Below the pieces are notes generated by a model. That model did no database searches. It was not told the origin of the DNA and worked only from the letters and a program-made list of their open reading frames with translations. Below, in pieces: positions 45,897-55,659 of a stretch of DNA of 64,000 nucleotides; the first letter of the stretch is position 1, and every line of letters begins with the position of its first letter. This DNA comes from Escherichia phage mobillu: sequence record MN850622.1; one strand, written 5' to 3'. Both the position numbers and the translations under genes were made by a program.

Positions 45897-48800
45897 TTAT
45901 TCAATCCACTCGAATTTAACAGATTTATTCACAGGGTCTGGAATAATGCGGACATTACCAATCCTTAAGAAATCCCTTATTGTCAAGTTTCCGATTGTTG
46001 CATTATCAGAAGGTAAAGCACCAATATCAGAAGGTTGAGGAGGGTTTCCACCATCAAATACCTGAACAAAACTTGACCAAGAATTTTTAGTTTTCTGCCA
46101 TGTACGAGTCCAACGGGTTGTACGTGCTTCTGGAGTTGTTGGATAAGTAATCCAATCTTGGTAAAGTGAATCAAGTGTGTTACCAAACTGAGTCAGTGTA
46201 CCAGGAGATTTAACTTCTTCGCCACGTTCTAAGTATGGAAGCCCAGTCACTTCATTAGTTTTTTCAACCATTTTAAAATAACCTGGGAACTGGTTATAAG
46301 TGGCTGAATCGTTAATATCAATTGACCAGAATCCTACATTATCAGATGTTGGCGCACGGGTATATAAATCGGATGTTTTAGTACCCTGAGAACGAATTCT
46401 CGAGTTAACAGTCAAACCGCCAGAATTTATAGTAGCACCTTTGGCAATGATTAAGCTTTCACCAATCGTAACTTGTCCGGATTGATTATTAATTGATAAT
46501 GGACGTAATCCATTAAATCCACCGGCCTGATCACCAGATGCAGTAAGCATAAAATATGTGCTGCCGCCATCATTGCGAATAAAGAATCCGTAATCACCAC
46601 TAATTGCTCTAAATGCATTTGCAGACTTGCTAATGAATTCGCCATTGGCTGTAACTGAACGACCAAATGTTGCAACGCCATTCGCATTTAACGTGCCTGA
46701 AGCGTTAACATTTATTGGCATCACAGTACCATTAATGCTAAACGTTATATTCCCAGCTTTATTACGTTGAGAATAAAAGTGATTAGATGTTTCATCACCA
46801 ACTTCAAATACAGTAGAACGTGTTGTATCTGAACCACCACCACCAAATTCATTTCCCCAAACTCTGATAGTCATCGTCTGTGCTGGGTTAGTTCCAGTCT
46901 GAGGTCCTTTCTCAAAAATCAGACGAGTTGCCGTTCCAGTATTAGAAATAGTTAATGTACTATTTGCCGAAACTGAACCACCAAACGTAGCAGTACTAGT
47001 TGATACAAGAGGGGCACTCAGATTCGTTTGTTGGGTTAAGGTTAGTGAACCATTAACCGTCTGTGCAATGTCCCTACGAATGAACTGAGATGAATCTAGG
47101 CCATCTAATAAATTTGCGTCAGCAGCTTTTGCTTTTAATGGCAAATAGTTAGCAAGTACACGGTTTAATTCATATGGAGAAATAGCATAACTATTTTTTT
47201 CATATGATTCTAAAGGTTGTGTTGAACCAACTGTATCATTACCAACGAATGTAATTGAACCAGATGAAGTTTTAACAAAACCTCTTATTGCAGTAGTAGC
47301 AGCCCATGTTGGTTCATTCTGGACAATCCATTTTAAATTCTTAGGAGATACAGCAGTATTAGCAGAAGTTCCTGTTATAGTTTCAGCCTGAGTAGCAACC
47401 TTAATTACGCCTTCAGACGTTTCAGTGGACTTAGTCCCTAAAAGCTTTTTAGGAGTAATAAGAACATCATCTAAAGTTCCTGCATTAGATTCTGCCTGAG
47501 TCGCTACGCGAAGTGTACCACGTTGTGTTTCATTTGCTTTAGAAATATCAAGAGTATAATGGTTCCACAAGGTTCCTTCTTCAATAAGTCCAGAATCAGA
47601 ATTAACACTGGTACGGTCAGAAGAATCAAAATGAGTTTTAATTTTCAGTGGAGTCGAGATACGAGTATCATCAGTTCCAGTATCAAATTCGACTTGCGTA
47701 GCAAGTTCGGCTATGCCGGATAATCCTTCCGTAGCTTTCCTATCATTTAACGTCTTAGGCGTTACTGCACGTGTATAATCAGTCCCAGCATTAGTTTCTG
47801 CTTGCGTAGCAATTTCAATTAAACCAATACGTCCATCAGTAGAAGTTTTCTTATGTAGTGTTTCAGGAGTTACTACAGCGTGAGAATAACCTGCTTGTGA
47901 TTGACCAGCAATTACTTCACTATCAACAGCTAAAATTACTGCACCTTGTTGAGCATAAGTTGCTTTATATTGGTCAAGGGCTTTAGGAGAAATAGTTAAA
48001 TTATTTATGGTTTTATTATAAACGTTAGTGCCTGCAGCACCACGAGTTTCAGCAGGAGTAGCAGAAGTAGTTGATACATATTTAACTATACCAGATAGTG
48101 TTTCAGAGCCCTGACGTGCCTGCAATTTCTTAGGTGTAATAATCGTTGTGTCATCAAGACCAGCATCGGTTTCGGTCTGAGTAGCAATTTCGGCAAGACC
48201 ACGACGAGTTTCAGTTGCTGTACGCTCATTTAGTTTTTTAGGCGTAACAATAGTATCATCTACAAATGTTGCTGTGGAATTCTGGTTAACTTGTGCTGTT
48301 GTGGCAATTTTAGCGATACCACGTCGAGCTTCAGTTGCTGTACGATTTGCCAATGTTTCCGGAGTAATAGCAACTTCTTTAGCTGGAGTATTCTCTAAAT
48401 CAACATTTGCTTGCGCTTGAGTAGCAAGAGCAATAACACCTAAACGAGCTCGTGTAGCATCAGTTCCAGCATCAACACGTTCTACAGTAGGGACGTTTTG
48501 TTGAACAACCCAATAACGTGTACCAGCAACGGTGTCTTCGATATACGCTAATTCTAATACAGGAACATATGAAGTAGTGCCATTGAATTCTAGTTCAGTA
48601 ACAGAGACCCATTGAGCATCAGGTGGATATTCAGAACGTTTAGGGAACTGAAGCAATGCAACAGAAGAAGCAATTGTATCACCTTCGGCAGCTTTAATTT
48701 TTACTGTTTGGCCTTTACGCATGTAGTTCATTGAAATTTTAACAGTGTCACCACTCAAAATTCCGGAAGGCAGCGTAAGATTAATAGTTCCGGCTGTAGC

Positions 48801-49775
48801 GTTATTTGTGCCAAAAATAAGAACTTCTTCATTTGGACGAATATTTGAATCCGCACGGATAATACGAAGACGCGATTTCTGGTCGCCTTCCCATATACGC
48901 CATAAACTATTTGCAGCATCAAAAACAAAAAACGCGTCAGAGTCATTTCTGCCTTCGGCAATATGAGTCCCGACTTCACCAATAGACGTTGTATCATCAA
49001 ATGTTTTAACAATTGTATGATACAGTGGGTTTAATTTATCTAAATCAACTAGGTGGATTATATCACCATTGTTAGCATTACGTGGAAGTGTAATGTTGAT
49101 TGGTGCTGCACTAGTAAAACGACGAACGATAAAATCATTTGCTTGTGCTTGATATGGTGTCGCAGGTGTAACAGTGATTGATTCTTTACCATAATCGGTA
49201 ATATACATCTGCCACAAACGATTACTAAACACAAACAATAGTTGTGAACGCGGACGCGTCATTAAAACCGTACGAACTTGTTCACCTCTAAAGTTTAAAA
49301 TGCTCTGCACAGACGCGTTAATCTGTACTTTAACTGTCCCGGTTCTTCCGCCAATATCAGCCAAAACAACAGTATCGCCATCAACCGGCGTATTCGGCAA
49401 CGTGAAAACCATATCATTACCGGCACCAGTGTTAACCGAAATAGATTCACCTGAAGAAAGTTGATAAGTCCCAGAAGCGACAGTTATCCATTGTGCATCA
49501 GTACGAACTGCACGCCATTGTAAAAGGTTAAATGCCCCGGAAGGAGACACGATATCATTTATTGCTTGATATAAACGGTTGTCATAAAGAACAACAAATC
49601 CTTTGTTATATCCACGCGTAGAATCATATACTTGAACGGTGTTTTCTTGTACCAGGAAGTCAACGTTTACGCCATCAGTACCTACTGTACGGTCGGCTAA
49701 TGCTACGTTAACAATCTTGTCGCCACCGGCGTCCAGACCGTCTTCGGCTCTGAACTTACGTTTGATGTCGGCCAT
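45897..49775 (-). CDS. 34: gp34 long tail fibre proximal subunit
   Basis: 1292 aa, extensive match to remembered T4 gp34 (MADIKRKFRAEDGLDAGGDKIVNVALADRTV...). Confidence 0.97.
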   Translation of the reverse strand: MADIKRKFRAEDGLDAGGDKIVNVALADRTVGTDGVNVDFLVQENTVQVYDSTRGYNKGFVVLYDNRLYQAINDIVSPSGAFNLLQWRAVRTDAQWITVASGTYQLSSGESISVNTGAGNDMVFTLPNTPVDGDTVVLADIGGRTGTVKVQINASVQSILNFRGEQVRTVLMTRPRSQLLFVFSNRLWQMYITDYGKESITVTPATPYQAQANDFIVRRFTSAAPINITLPRNANNGDIIHLVDLDKLNPLYHTIVKTFDDTTSIGEVGTHIAEGRNDSDAFFVFDAANSLWRIWEGDQKSRLRIIRADSNIRPNEEVLIFGTNNATAGTINLTLPSGILSGDTVKISMNYMRKGQTVKIKAAEGDTIASSVALLQFPKRSEYPPDAQWVSVTELEFNGTTSYVPVLELAYIEDTVAGTRYWVVQQNVPTVERVDAGTDATRARLGVIALATQAQANVDLENTPAKEVAITPETLANRTATEARRGIAKIATTAQVNQNSTATFVDDTIVTPKKLNERTATETRRGLAEIATQTETDAGLDDTTIITPKKLQARQGSETLSGIVKYVSTTSATPAETRGAAGTNVYNKTINNLTISPKALDQYKATYAQQGAVILAVDSEVIAGQSQAGYSHAVVTPETLHKKTSTDGRIGLIEIATQAETNAGTDYTRAVTPKTLNDRKATEGLSGIAELATQVEFDTGTDDTRISTPLKIKTHFDSSDRTSVNSDSGLIEEGTLWNHYTLDISKANETQRGTLRVATQAESNAGTLDDVLITPKKLLGTKSTETSEGVIKVATQAETITGTSANTAVSPKNLKWIVQNEPTWAATTAIRGFVKTSSGSITFVGNDTVGSTQPLESYEKNSYAISPYELNRVLANYLPLKAKAADANLLDGLDSSQFIRRDIAQTVNGSLTLTQQTNLSAPLVSTSTATFGGSVSANSTLTISNTGTATRLIFEKGPQTGTNPAQTMTIRVWGNEFGGGGSDTTRSTVFEVGDETSNHFYSQRNKAGNITFSINGTVMPINVNASGTLNANGVATFGRSVTANGEFISKSANAFRAISGDYGFFIRNDGGSTYFMLTASGDQAGGFNGLRPLSINNQSGQVTIGESLIIAKGATINSGGLTVNSRIRSQGTKTSDLYTRAPTSDNVGFWSIDINDSATYNQFPGYFKMVEKTNEVTGLPYLERGEEVKSPGTLTQFGNTLDSLYQDWITYPTTPEARTTRWTRTWQKTKNSWSSFVQVFDGGNPPQPSDIGALPSDNATIGNLTIRDFLRIGNVRIIPDPVNKSVKFEWIE

Positions 49776-49805
49776 TCGTTTTTCCTTTATTGTTTCAATA
49801 ATACT

Positions 49806-49813
49806 TATTTATA
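49806..49813 (-). promoter_or_regulatory. late promoter (TATAAATA) for gene 34
   Basis: Minus-strand TATAAATA about 30 nt upstream of gene 34 start. Confidence 0.6.
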
Positions 49814-49816
49814 CCA

Positions 49817-49846
49817 GTTTACGCTTTCAAATGAGTGTGTTACTAT
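49817..49846 (+). promoter_or_regulatory. T4-type early promoter for rnh, divergent from gene 34 late promoter
   Basis: GTTTAC 49817-49822, 18 bp spacer, TACTAT 49841-49846. Confidence 0.55.
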
Positions 49847-49878
49847 AGACAAGTTGACTAACTGAACAAGAGGTTCAT

Positions 49879-50796
49879 ATGGATTTAGAAATGATGTTAG
49901 ATGAAGATTACAAAGAAGGTATTGCACTTGCTGACTTTAGTAACATTGCATTGGCAGCCGCATTAAACAACTTTGAAGACGGCGATAAAATTACCGTTCC
50001 GATGGTTCGCCATGTAATCTTGAATTCAATTCGTAAAAACGTAGTGATGTTCCGTAAGCAAGGCTATACAAAATTTGTATTGTGTATGGATAATGCTACT
50101 TCGGGTTATTGGCGTCGTGACTTTGCTTACTATTACAAGAAAAATCGTAAAACCGATCGTGAAGCTTCAAAGTGGGATTGGGAAGGATATTTTACTGCAC
50201 TCCATCAAGTTGTCGATGAGATTAAGAAATACATGCCATACGTTGTAATGGATATTGACAAGTATGAAGCGGATGACCATATCGGTGTATTAACTAAATA
50301 TTTGTCATTAGCTGGACATAAAGTATGTATTGTTGCATCGGATGGCGACTTTACACAATTACACAAATATCCTAACGTTAAACAGTGGTCGCCACCACAG
50401 AAAAAATGGGTTAAAATTAAGAATGGTTCTGCTGAAATTGATTGCATGACTAAAATTCTTAAAGGTGACCGTAAGGATGGTGTTGCATCTGTTCGAGTTC
50501 GTGGCGACTTCTGGTTTACCAGAGTTGATGGTGAACGAACTCCAAGCATGAAAACATCAATTATTGAAGCAATTGCTAACGACCGTTCTCAAGCCGAAGT
50601 ATTATTAAGTGCAGAAGAATATAAACGGTATCAAGAAAATTTGGTTCTCATTGATTTTGATTATATCCCTGATAATATTGCTTCAACCATTATAGAGTAT
50701 TATAACTCATATAAACAACAACCTAAAGGCAAGATTTATTCATACTTTGTAAAATCTGGTCTTTCTAAATTAACAAGTGTAATTAATGAATTCTGA
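49879..50796 (+). CDS. rnh: RNase H (5'-3' exonuclease, FEN family)
   Basis: Near-identical to remembered T4 RNase H (MDLEMMLDEDYKEG..., 305 aa). Confidence 0.97.
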   Translation: MDLEMMLDEDYKEGIALADFSNIALAAALNNFEDGDKITVPMVRHVILNSIRKNVVMFRKQGYTKFVLCMDNATSGYWRRDFAYYYKKNRKTDREASKWDWEGYFTALHQVVDEIKKYMPYVVMDIDKYEADDHIGVLTKYLSLAGHKVCIVASDGDFTQLHKYPNVKQWSPPQKKWVKIKNGSAEIDCMTKILKGDRKDGVASVRVRGDFWFTRVDGERTPSMKTSIIEAIANDRSQAEVLLSAEEYKRYQENLVLIDFDYIPDNIASTIIEYYNSYKQQPKGKIYSYFVKSGLSKLTSVINEF

Positions 50797-50803
50797 GGTA
50801 AAC

Positions 50804-51073
50804 ATGGCTAAGAAAGAAGCAGTTGAATTTAATCAAGATGTGCATGGTGAAGAACTGGCTAAACTAGTCAAGGAAGCTTCCGATAACAAACTTAAAATTT
50901 CTGGTTATAATGAACTGATTAAAGACATTCGTACTCGTGCTAAAGAAGAGCTTGGTGTCGATGGAAAAATGTTTAATCGTTTGTTAGCTCTTTATCATAA
51001 AGACGCTCGTGACCAATTTGAAGCTGAAAACGAAGAGGTAGTCGAGCTTTATGACACAGTTTTCACTAAGTGA
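50804..51073 (+). CDS. dsbA: DsbA dsDNA-binding late transcription protein
   Basis: MAKKEAVEF...LKISGYNELIKDIRTRAKEELGVDGKMFNRLLALYHKD matches remembered T4 DsbA. Confidence 0.9.
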   Translation: MAKKEAVEFNQDVHGEELAKLVKEASDNKLKISGYNELIKDIRTRAKEELGVDGKMFNRLLALYHKDARDQFEAENEEVVELYDTVFTK

Positions 51074-51389
51074 TATTAAACCGGTTGATGAGGCCGGTTT
51101 ATCTGAACAAGAATTAGCAGTAAAACACGATAAAGATGATATCGCTAAATTGCTTGACCGACAAGAAAACGGATTCATTATCGAATCCATGGTTGAACAA
51201 TTTGGTATGTCTTATTTAGAAGCAACAACTGCTTTCTTGGAAGAGAATTCTATTCCAGAAACACAATTTGCTAAATTTATTCCTACAGGAATTGTTGAAA
51301 AAATTACAAGCGAAGCAATTGACGAAAACATGCTTCGCCCGTCAGTTGCTCGTGGTGAAAAAACTAATACGTTAGATTTCTTATTATGA
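51051..51389 (+). CDS. 33: gp33 late transcription co-activator
   Basis: MTQFSLSDIKPVDE...EKTNTLDFLL near-identical to remembered T4 gp33. Confidence 0.95.
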   Translation: MTQFSLSDIKPVDEAGLSEQELAVKHDKDDIAKLLDRQENGFIIESMVEQFGMSYLEATTAFLEENSIPETQFAKFIPTGIVEKITSEAIDENMLRPSVARGEKTNTLDFLL

Positions 51390-52039
51390 TTAAAATACGC
51401 ATGCCTCCTGACGGAGAACGTTATATTAACGGTAAATCAGTATATAAACTATACTTGATGTGCAAAAACCACTTTGGTGGTCGGTATGATGTAATCAAAT
51501 ATAACTGGTGCATGCGTGTTTCGGATAATGCGTATCAAAAACGCCGAGATAAATATTTCTTTGAAAAACTAGCAGAGAAATATAAATTGAAGGAACTCAC
51601 CTTGATATTCATAAGCAACTTAGTTGCTAACCAAGACGCATGGATTGGTGAGATATCGGACGCTGATGCATTAGTTTTCTATAGGGAATATATTGGACGT
51701 CTCAAACAAGCTAAAGAGACGTTTGCTGAAGACGTACGTAACATCTACTATTTCAGTAAGAAAGTTGAAGTTAGTGCGCTTCAAGAGATATTTGATTATA
51801 ATAACAACGTTCAGTCGAGCTACATATTCAAATTGCTACAAAGCAATATAATTTCATTTGAGACTTTCTTATTGTTAGACTCGTTTTTGAATATTATAGA
51901 TAAGCACGACGAACTCACTGACAATTTAGTCTGGCAAAATTATTCTACCAAATTAAAGGCATATCGAAAAATACTTCAAATCGATGTAAATGCTGCTAAG
52001 AAATTGTTCATAGAAACAATCAAATCATGTAAGTATTAA
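51386..52039 (+). CDS. 59: gp59 helicase loader
   Basis: MIKIRMPPDGERYINGKSVYKLYLM... near-identical to remembered T4 gp59. Confidence 0.95.
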   Translation: MIKIRMPPDGERYINGKSVYKLYLMCKNHFGGRYDVIKYNWCMRVSDNAYQKRRDKYFFEKLAEKYKLKELTLIFISNLVANQDAWIGEISDADALVFYREYIGRLKQAKETFAEDVRNIYYFSKKVEVSALQEIFDYNNNVQSSYIFKLLQSNIISFETFLLLDSFLNIIDKHDELTDNLVWQNYSTKLKAYRKILQIDVNAAKKLFIETIKSCKY

Positions 52040-52068
52040 GCTTTATTTCTTGTGTGTTAAAATTACTT

Positions 52069-52076
52069 TATAAATA
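52069..52076 (+). promoter_or_regulatory. late promoter (TATAAATA) upstream of gene 32
   Basis: Exact TATAAATA about 80 bp upstream of gene 32 start. Confidence 0.5.
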
Positions 52077-52085
52077 AATCATACC

Positions 52086-52155
52086 AGCTACGAGGTATAA
52101 GTGTCGTAGCAACCAACTGTAAATAAATTAAATAATCTAAATAAAGGTAAATATA
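52086..52155 (+). promoter_or_regulatory. gene 32 translational operator (hairpin/pseudoknot plus AU-rich gp32-binding leader)
   Basis: Hairpin GCTACGA-ggtataagtg-TCGTAGC followed by aaataaattaaataatctaaataaaggtaaatataATG. Confidence 0.6.
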
Positions 52156-53058
52156 ATGTTTAAACGTAAATCTACTGCTGACCTCGCTGCTCAAATGGCT
52201 AAACTGAACGGTAACAAAGGTTTCTCTTCAGAAGATAAAGGCGAATGGAAGCTGAAGCTAGATGCATCAGGTAATGGTCAAGCGGTAATTCGTTTCTTGC
52301 CAGCAAAAACTGATGATGCACTACCATTTGCAATTCTTGTTAACCACGGTTTCAAGAAAAATGGTAAATGGTATATTGAAAATTGCTCTTCTACACATGG
52401 TGATTACGACTCTTGTCCTGTATGTCAGTACATTAGTAAAAATGACCTGTACAATACCAACAAAACTGAATATTCTCAACTGAAACGTAAAACTTCTTAT
52501 TGGGCTAATATTCTGGTTGTTAAAGACCCTCAAGCTCCAGATAATGAAGGTAAAGTATTTAAATATCGTTTCGGTAAAAAGATTTGGGACAAAATCAATG
52601 CAATGATTGCAGTTGATACCGAAATGGGTGAAACTCCGGTTGATGTTACTTGCCCGTTTGAAGGTGCCAACTTCGTTCTGAAAGCTAAGCAGGTTTCCGG
52701 TTTTAGCAACTATGACGAATCTAAATTCTTGGGTCAATCTGAAATTCCTCGTATTAATGACGAAGCATTCCAGAAAGAACTATATGACCAGATGGTAGAC
52801 CTTACTACTTTGACGGCTAAAGACCAGTTCAAGTCCTTTGAAAAATTAAATGAATCTTTCGCTAAGGTTCTTGGTACTGCCGCTCTTGGTGGTGCAGCAG
52901 CCGCAGCAGCTTCTGTTGCAGATAAAGTTGCTTCTGACCTTGACGATTTTGATAAAGACATGGAAGCCTTTAGTTCTGCAAAAACTGAAGATGACTTCAT
53001 GAGCTCTACCTCATCCTCTGATGATGGCGACCTAGATGACCTGTTAGCTGGTCTATAA
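52156..53058 (+). CDS. 32: gp32 single-stranded DNA-binding protein
   Basis: Near-identical to remembered T4 gp32 ([23 protein letters not shown]..., acidic C-terminus). Confidence 0.98.
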   Translation: MFKRKSTADLAAQMAKLNGNKGFSSEDKGEWKLKLDASGNGQAVIRFLPAKTDDALPFAILVNHGFKKNGKWYIENCSSTHGDYDSCPVCQYISKNDLYNTNKTEYSQLKRKTSYWANILVVKDPQAPDNEGKVFKYRFGKKIWDKINAMIAVDTEMGETPVDVTCPFEGANFVLKAKQVSGFSNYDESKFLGQSEIPRINDEAFQKELYDQMVDLTTLTAKDQFKSFEKLNESFAKVLGTAALGGAAAAAASVADKVASDLDDFDKDMEAFSSAKTEDDFMSSTSSSDDGDLDDLLAGL

Positions 53059-53064
53059 TAAATT

Positions 53065-53087
53065 GGGAGACTTCGGTCTCCCTTTTG
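53065..53087 (+). terminator. intrinsic terminator (UUCG tetraloop hairpin + U4)
   Basis: GGGAGAC-TTCG-GTCTCCC followed by TTTT. Confidence 0.75.
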
Positions 53088-53113
53088 AGTATCTGTAAAT
53101 TGCCGAAAAAGTT

Positions 53114-53142
53114 GTTTACTTCTTCCCTGGATGTGTTAGTAT
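53114..53142 (+). promoter_or_regulatory. T4-type early promoter
   Basis: GTTTAC 53114-53119, 17 bp spacer, TAGTAT 53137-53142. Confidence 0.5.
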
Positions 53143-53171
53143 AGACCTATCAACAACATGAGGAAATCAAA

Positions 53172-53558
53172 ATGGAAATCGGAAAATCTTATATCATCAA
53201 CCCTTTATTTAAAGACGACTTTGCTAACGAGTGCCGTTGCAATACAATAATGCTAAATTTAATAGAGAAGCACGGACCTAGTTTTGTTGTAGATGAAATG
53301 GAAAGTGATGATTGTGCTGGTGAATGTGTGGTACGTGTAACTATGGAAGATGGCACTGAATACATGGCGAGTGGCCCACTTGAGACGTATTTTGAGATTT
53401 ACTCTGAAGAATTCAAATACTTTACTGAGGTAGATTTAGTAAAGCCTCAACCTACTAACGAAGGTATAACTTTAGGTGTAACAAAAATCCATTGTATCGT
53501 AGATGAAACCAACGTCGACGAAATCATCGAACTTTTGCAAAAAACTTTTAAAAAGTAG
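53172..53558 (+). CDS. hypothetical protein (128 aa)
   Basis: RBS catgaggaaatcaaaATG; lies between 32 and frd. Confidence 0.55.
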   Translation: MEIGKSYIINPLFKDDFANECRCNTIMLNLIEKHGPSFVVDEMESDDCAGECVVRVTMEDGTEYMASGPLETYFEIYSEEFKYFTEVDLVKPQPTNEGITLGVTKIHCIVDETNVDEIIELLQKTFKK

Positions 53559-53587
53559 TTTATAATAAGATAGGGTTATGTTATAGT
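53558..53587 (+). promoter_or_regulatory. T4-type early promoter
   Basis: GTTTAT 53558-53563, 18 bp spacer, TATAGT 53582-53587. Confidence 0.5.
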
Positions 53588-53605
53588 AGCCCTATCAAAT
53601 CAAAA

Positions 53606-53869
53606 GTGAAGGAGAATAAAATGAGATTGCAACGCCAGAGCATCAAAGATTCTGAAGTTAGAGGTAAATGGTACTTCAACATCGTTGGTAAAGACGCTGA
53701 ACTCCTTGAACAAGCTGAAGAAGCTTTACGTGAAATGGGTTGGAATGAAGAATGTGATGGATGTCCACTCTACGAAGATGGTGAAAGCGCAGGATTCTGG
53801 ATTCACCACTCTGATGTTGAATCGTTTAAAGCTGATTGGAAAGTTGTTAAGAAAAATCTGAGGAAATAA
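53606..53869 (+). CDS. hypothetical protein (87 aa)
   Basis: RBS gaaggagaataaaATG. Confidence 0.55.
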   Translation: MKENKMRLQRQSIKDSEVRGKWYFNIVGKDAELLEQAEEALREMGWNEECDGCPLYEDGESAGFWIHHSDVESFKADWKVVKKNLRK

Positions 53870-53871
53870 AA

Positions 53872-54459
53872 ATGCTTAAATTAGTATTCGCATGCGCACC
53901 ATCTAAAACAGTTGATGATAAATTGGAATATGCTTTTGGATTAGGTGATGGACTTCCATGGAAGCATATCAAACAAGATATGAGTAACTTTGTTGCTCGC
54001 ACTAAAAACACTGTAATGGTTATGGGTGCTAAGACTTTTGCATCATTACCTCGTCTACTACCAGATCGTACTCATGTGGTTGTCACTGATATGGCCAGAA
54101 AACTGCCTAGGACTAAAACCAACGAACTTGCACGGTTCTATATCACCCAAGCAGAATTTATTGCCTTGGTAATGGGTAGTGAAATTAACCTGTTTAGCCC
54201 TTCAACAGACGTATCGTTTAAACTTTCTACTGAACATGTTGATGTATCTGTTATCGGCGGTCCTGCCTTATTAAAACAAGCACTGCCTTATGCCGATGAA
54301 ATTGTGATGACTAAAATCATTAAGAAATGTCGTGTTAATTCAGACGTTCAACTTGATAAAGATTTCATCCAAGATATTATGCTTCAACGTTCTATGGTAG
54401 AATCTCATTACTACAGAATCGATGAACTCACCGAAATTACTGAGAGCGTATATAAATGA
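53872..54459 (+). CDS. frd: dihydrofolate reductase
   Basis: Matches remembered T4 Frd (GLGDGLPW, MGAKTF, VIGGPALL). Confidence 0.92.
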   Translation: MLKLVFACAPSKTVDDKLEYAFGLGDGLPWKHIKQDMSNFVARTKNTVMVMGAKTFASLPRLLPDRTHVVVTDMARKLPRTKTNELARFYITQAEFIALVMGSEINLFSPSTDVSFKLSTEHVDVSVIGGPALLKQALPYADEIVMTKIIKKCRVNSDVQLDKDFIQDIMLQRSMVESHYYRIDELTEITESVYK

Positions 54460-55316
54460 AACAATACCAATACCTGATTAATGATATCCTAGAAAATGGC
54501 TACGAAACAGACGACCGTACAGGCACAGGAACAATTGCCCTGTTCGGAACTAAATTACGTTGGGACCTGACTAAAGGATTCCCTGCAGTAACAACTAAGA
54601 AATTAGCATGGAAAGCTTGTATTGCCGAACTACTGTGGTTCATGTCTGGTTCTACCAACGTTAATGATTTGCGTATTCGTACTCATGGTAGTCTTATTCA
54701 AGGTAAAACTATTTGGGACGACAACTATGAAAATCAGGCAAAAGACCTTGGATATCATAGCGGCGAACTTGGTCCTATTTACGGTAAGCAATGGCGTGAT
54801 TTTGGCGGTGTAGACCAATTGGTCAAAACTATCGACCGCATTAAAGCTCTTCCTAATGATCGTCGTCAAATAGTTTCTGCATGGAACCCAGCCGAAATTG
54901 ACCAAATGGCTCTTCCTCCTTGTCATATGTTCTATCAATTTAATGTGCGTAATGGGCATCTTGATTTACAATGGTATCAACGCAGTGTAGATGTTTTCTT
55001 GGGCCTGCCGTTCAACATTGCCTCGTACGCTGCCTTGACGCATATTGTAGCGAAGATGTGTAACCTTATCCCAGGTGATTTAGTGTTCTCAGGCGGCAAC
55101 ACGCATATCTACAGCAATCATGTAGAACAATGCAAAGAAGTTCTTCGTCGTGAACCTAAAGAGTTATGTTCTCTTGAAATTAATTGGCCTAGTAATTTTG
55201 AGAATTGGCCTACAAAAATCCAAATGGACTGGGTTACCGGAACGATGACACATTCTGATTTCGTTCTTAAAAATTACGAATCACATCCAGCTATAAAAGC
55301 TAAAATGGCGGTATAA
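54456..55316 (+). CDS. td: thymidylate synthase (uninterrupted, no intron)
   Basis: DRTGTGT and PPCH active-site motifs in one continuous 286-aa ORF; ATGA overlap with frd. Confidence 0.96.
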   Translation: MKQYQYLINDILENGYETDDRTGTGTIALFGTKLRWDLTKGFPAVTTKKLAWKACIAELLWFMSGSTNVNDLRIRTHGSLIQGKTIWDDNYENQAKDLGYHSGELGPIYGKQWRDFGGVDQLVKTIDRIKALPNDRRQIVSAWNPAEIDQMALPPCHMFYQFNVRNGHLDLQWYQRSVDVFLGLPFNIASYAALTHIVAKMCNLIPGDLVFSGGNTHIYSNHVEQCKEVLRREPKELCSLEINWPSNFENWPTKIQMDWVTGTMTHSDFVLKNYESHPAIKAKMAV

Positions 55317-55317
55317 A

Positions 55318-55572
55318 ATGATTTTACGTTTTATTAATTCATATGGCACCACAATTTTTGAAATGAAAAATCCAAGTGAACTGGATATCCCTTCACCAAA
55401 TAGTGAAATCACAATTAAAGGTGAACGATTCATTTGTTATTCACATGAACGAATTTATGAATATCGTGAATTTTGTGGTGGTTACGGTATGGAAAAAGAA
55501 CCATTGGTTTATTTCGATATCACGGTCTTGACACCTAAAGAATACGAAGAAATTATTGCTGAGGATAATTAA
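55318..55572 (+). CDS. hypothetical protein (84 aa)
   Basis: Immediately after td; no motif. Confidence 0.5.
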   Translation: MILRFINSYGTTIFEMKNPSELDIPSPNSEITIKGERFICYSHERIYEYREFCGGYGMEKEPLVYFDITVLTPKEYEEIIAEDN

Positions 55573-55659
55573 CGCTTCAGTTTAAAAGTGTATAATAAAT
55601 TAACGGGATAAATACTATCCCGTTTGGAGTAATGTCTATCAACCTATACTGAGGAATAT

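Noticed and set aside
45847-49848. Plus-strand ORFs (45847..46038, 47523..47723, 48745..48966, 49639..49848) and minus-strand ORFs within the gene 34 region
   Set aside because: Overlap the 1292-aa gp34 coding sequence on the opposite strand or in other frames; gp34 identity is unambiguous.
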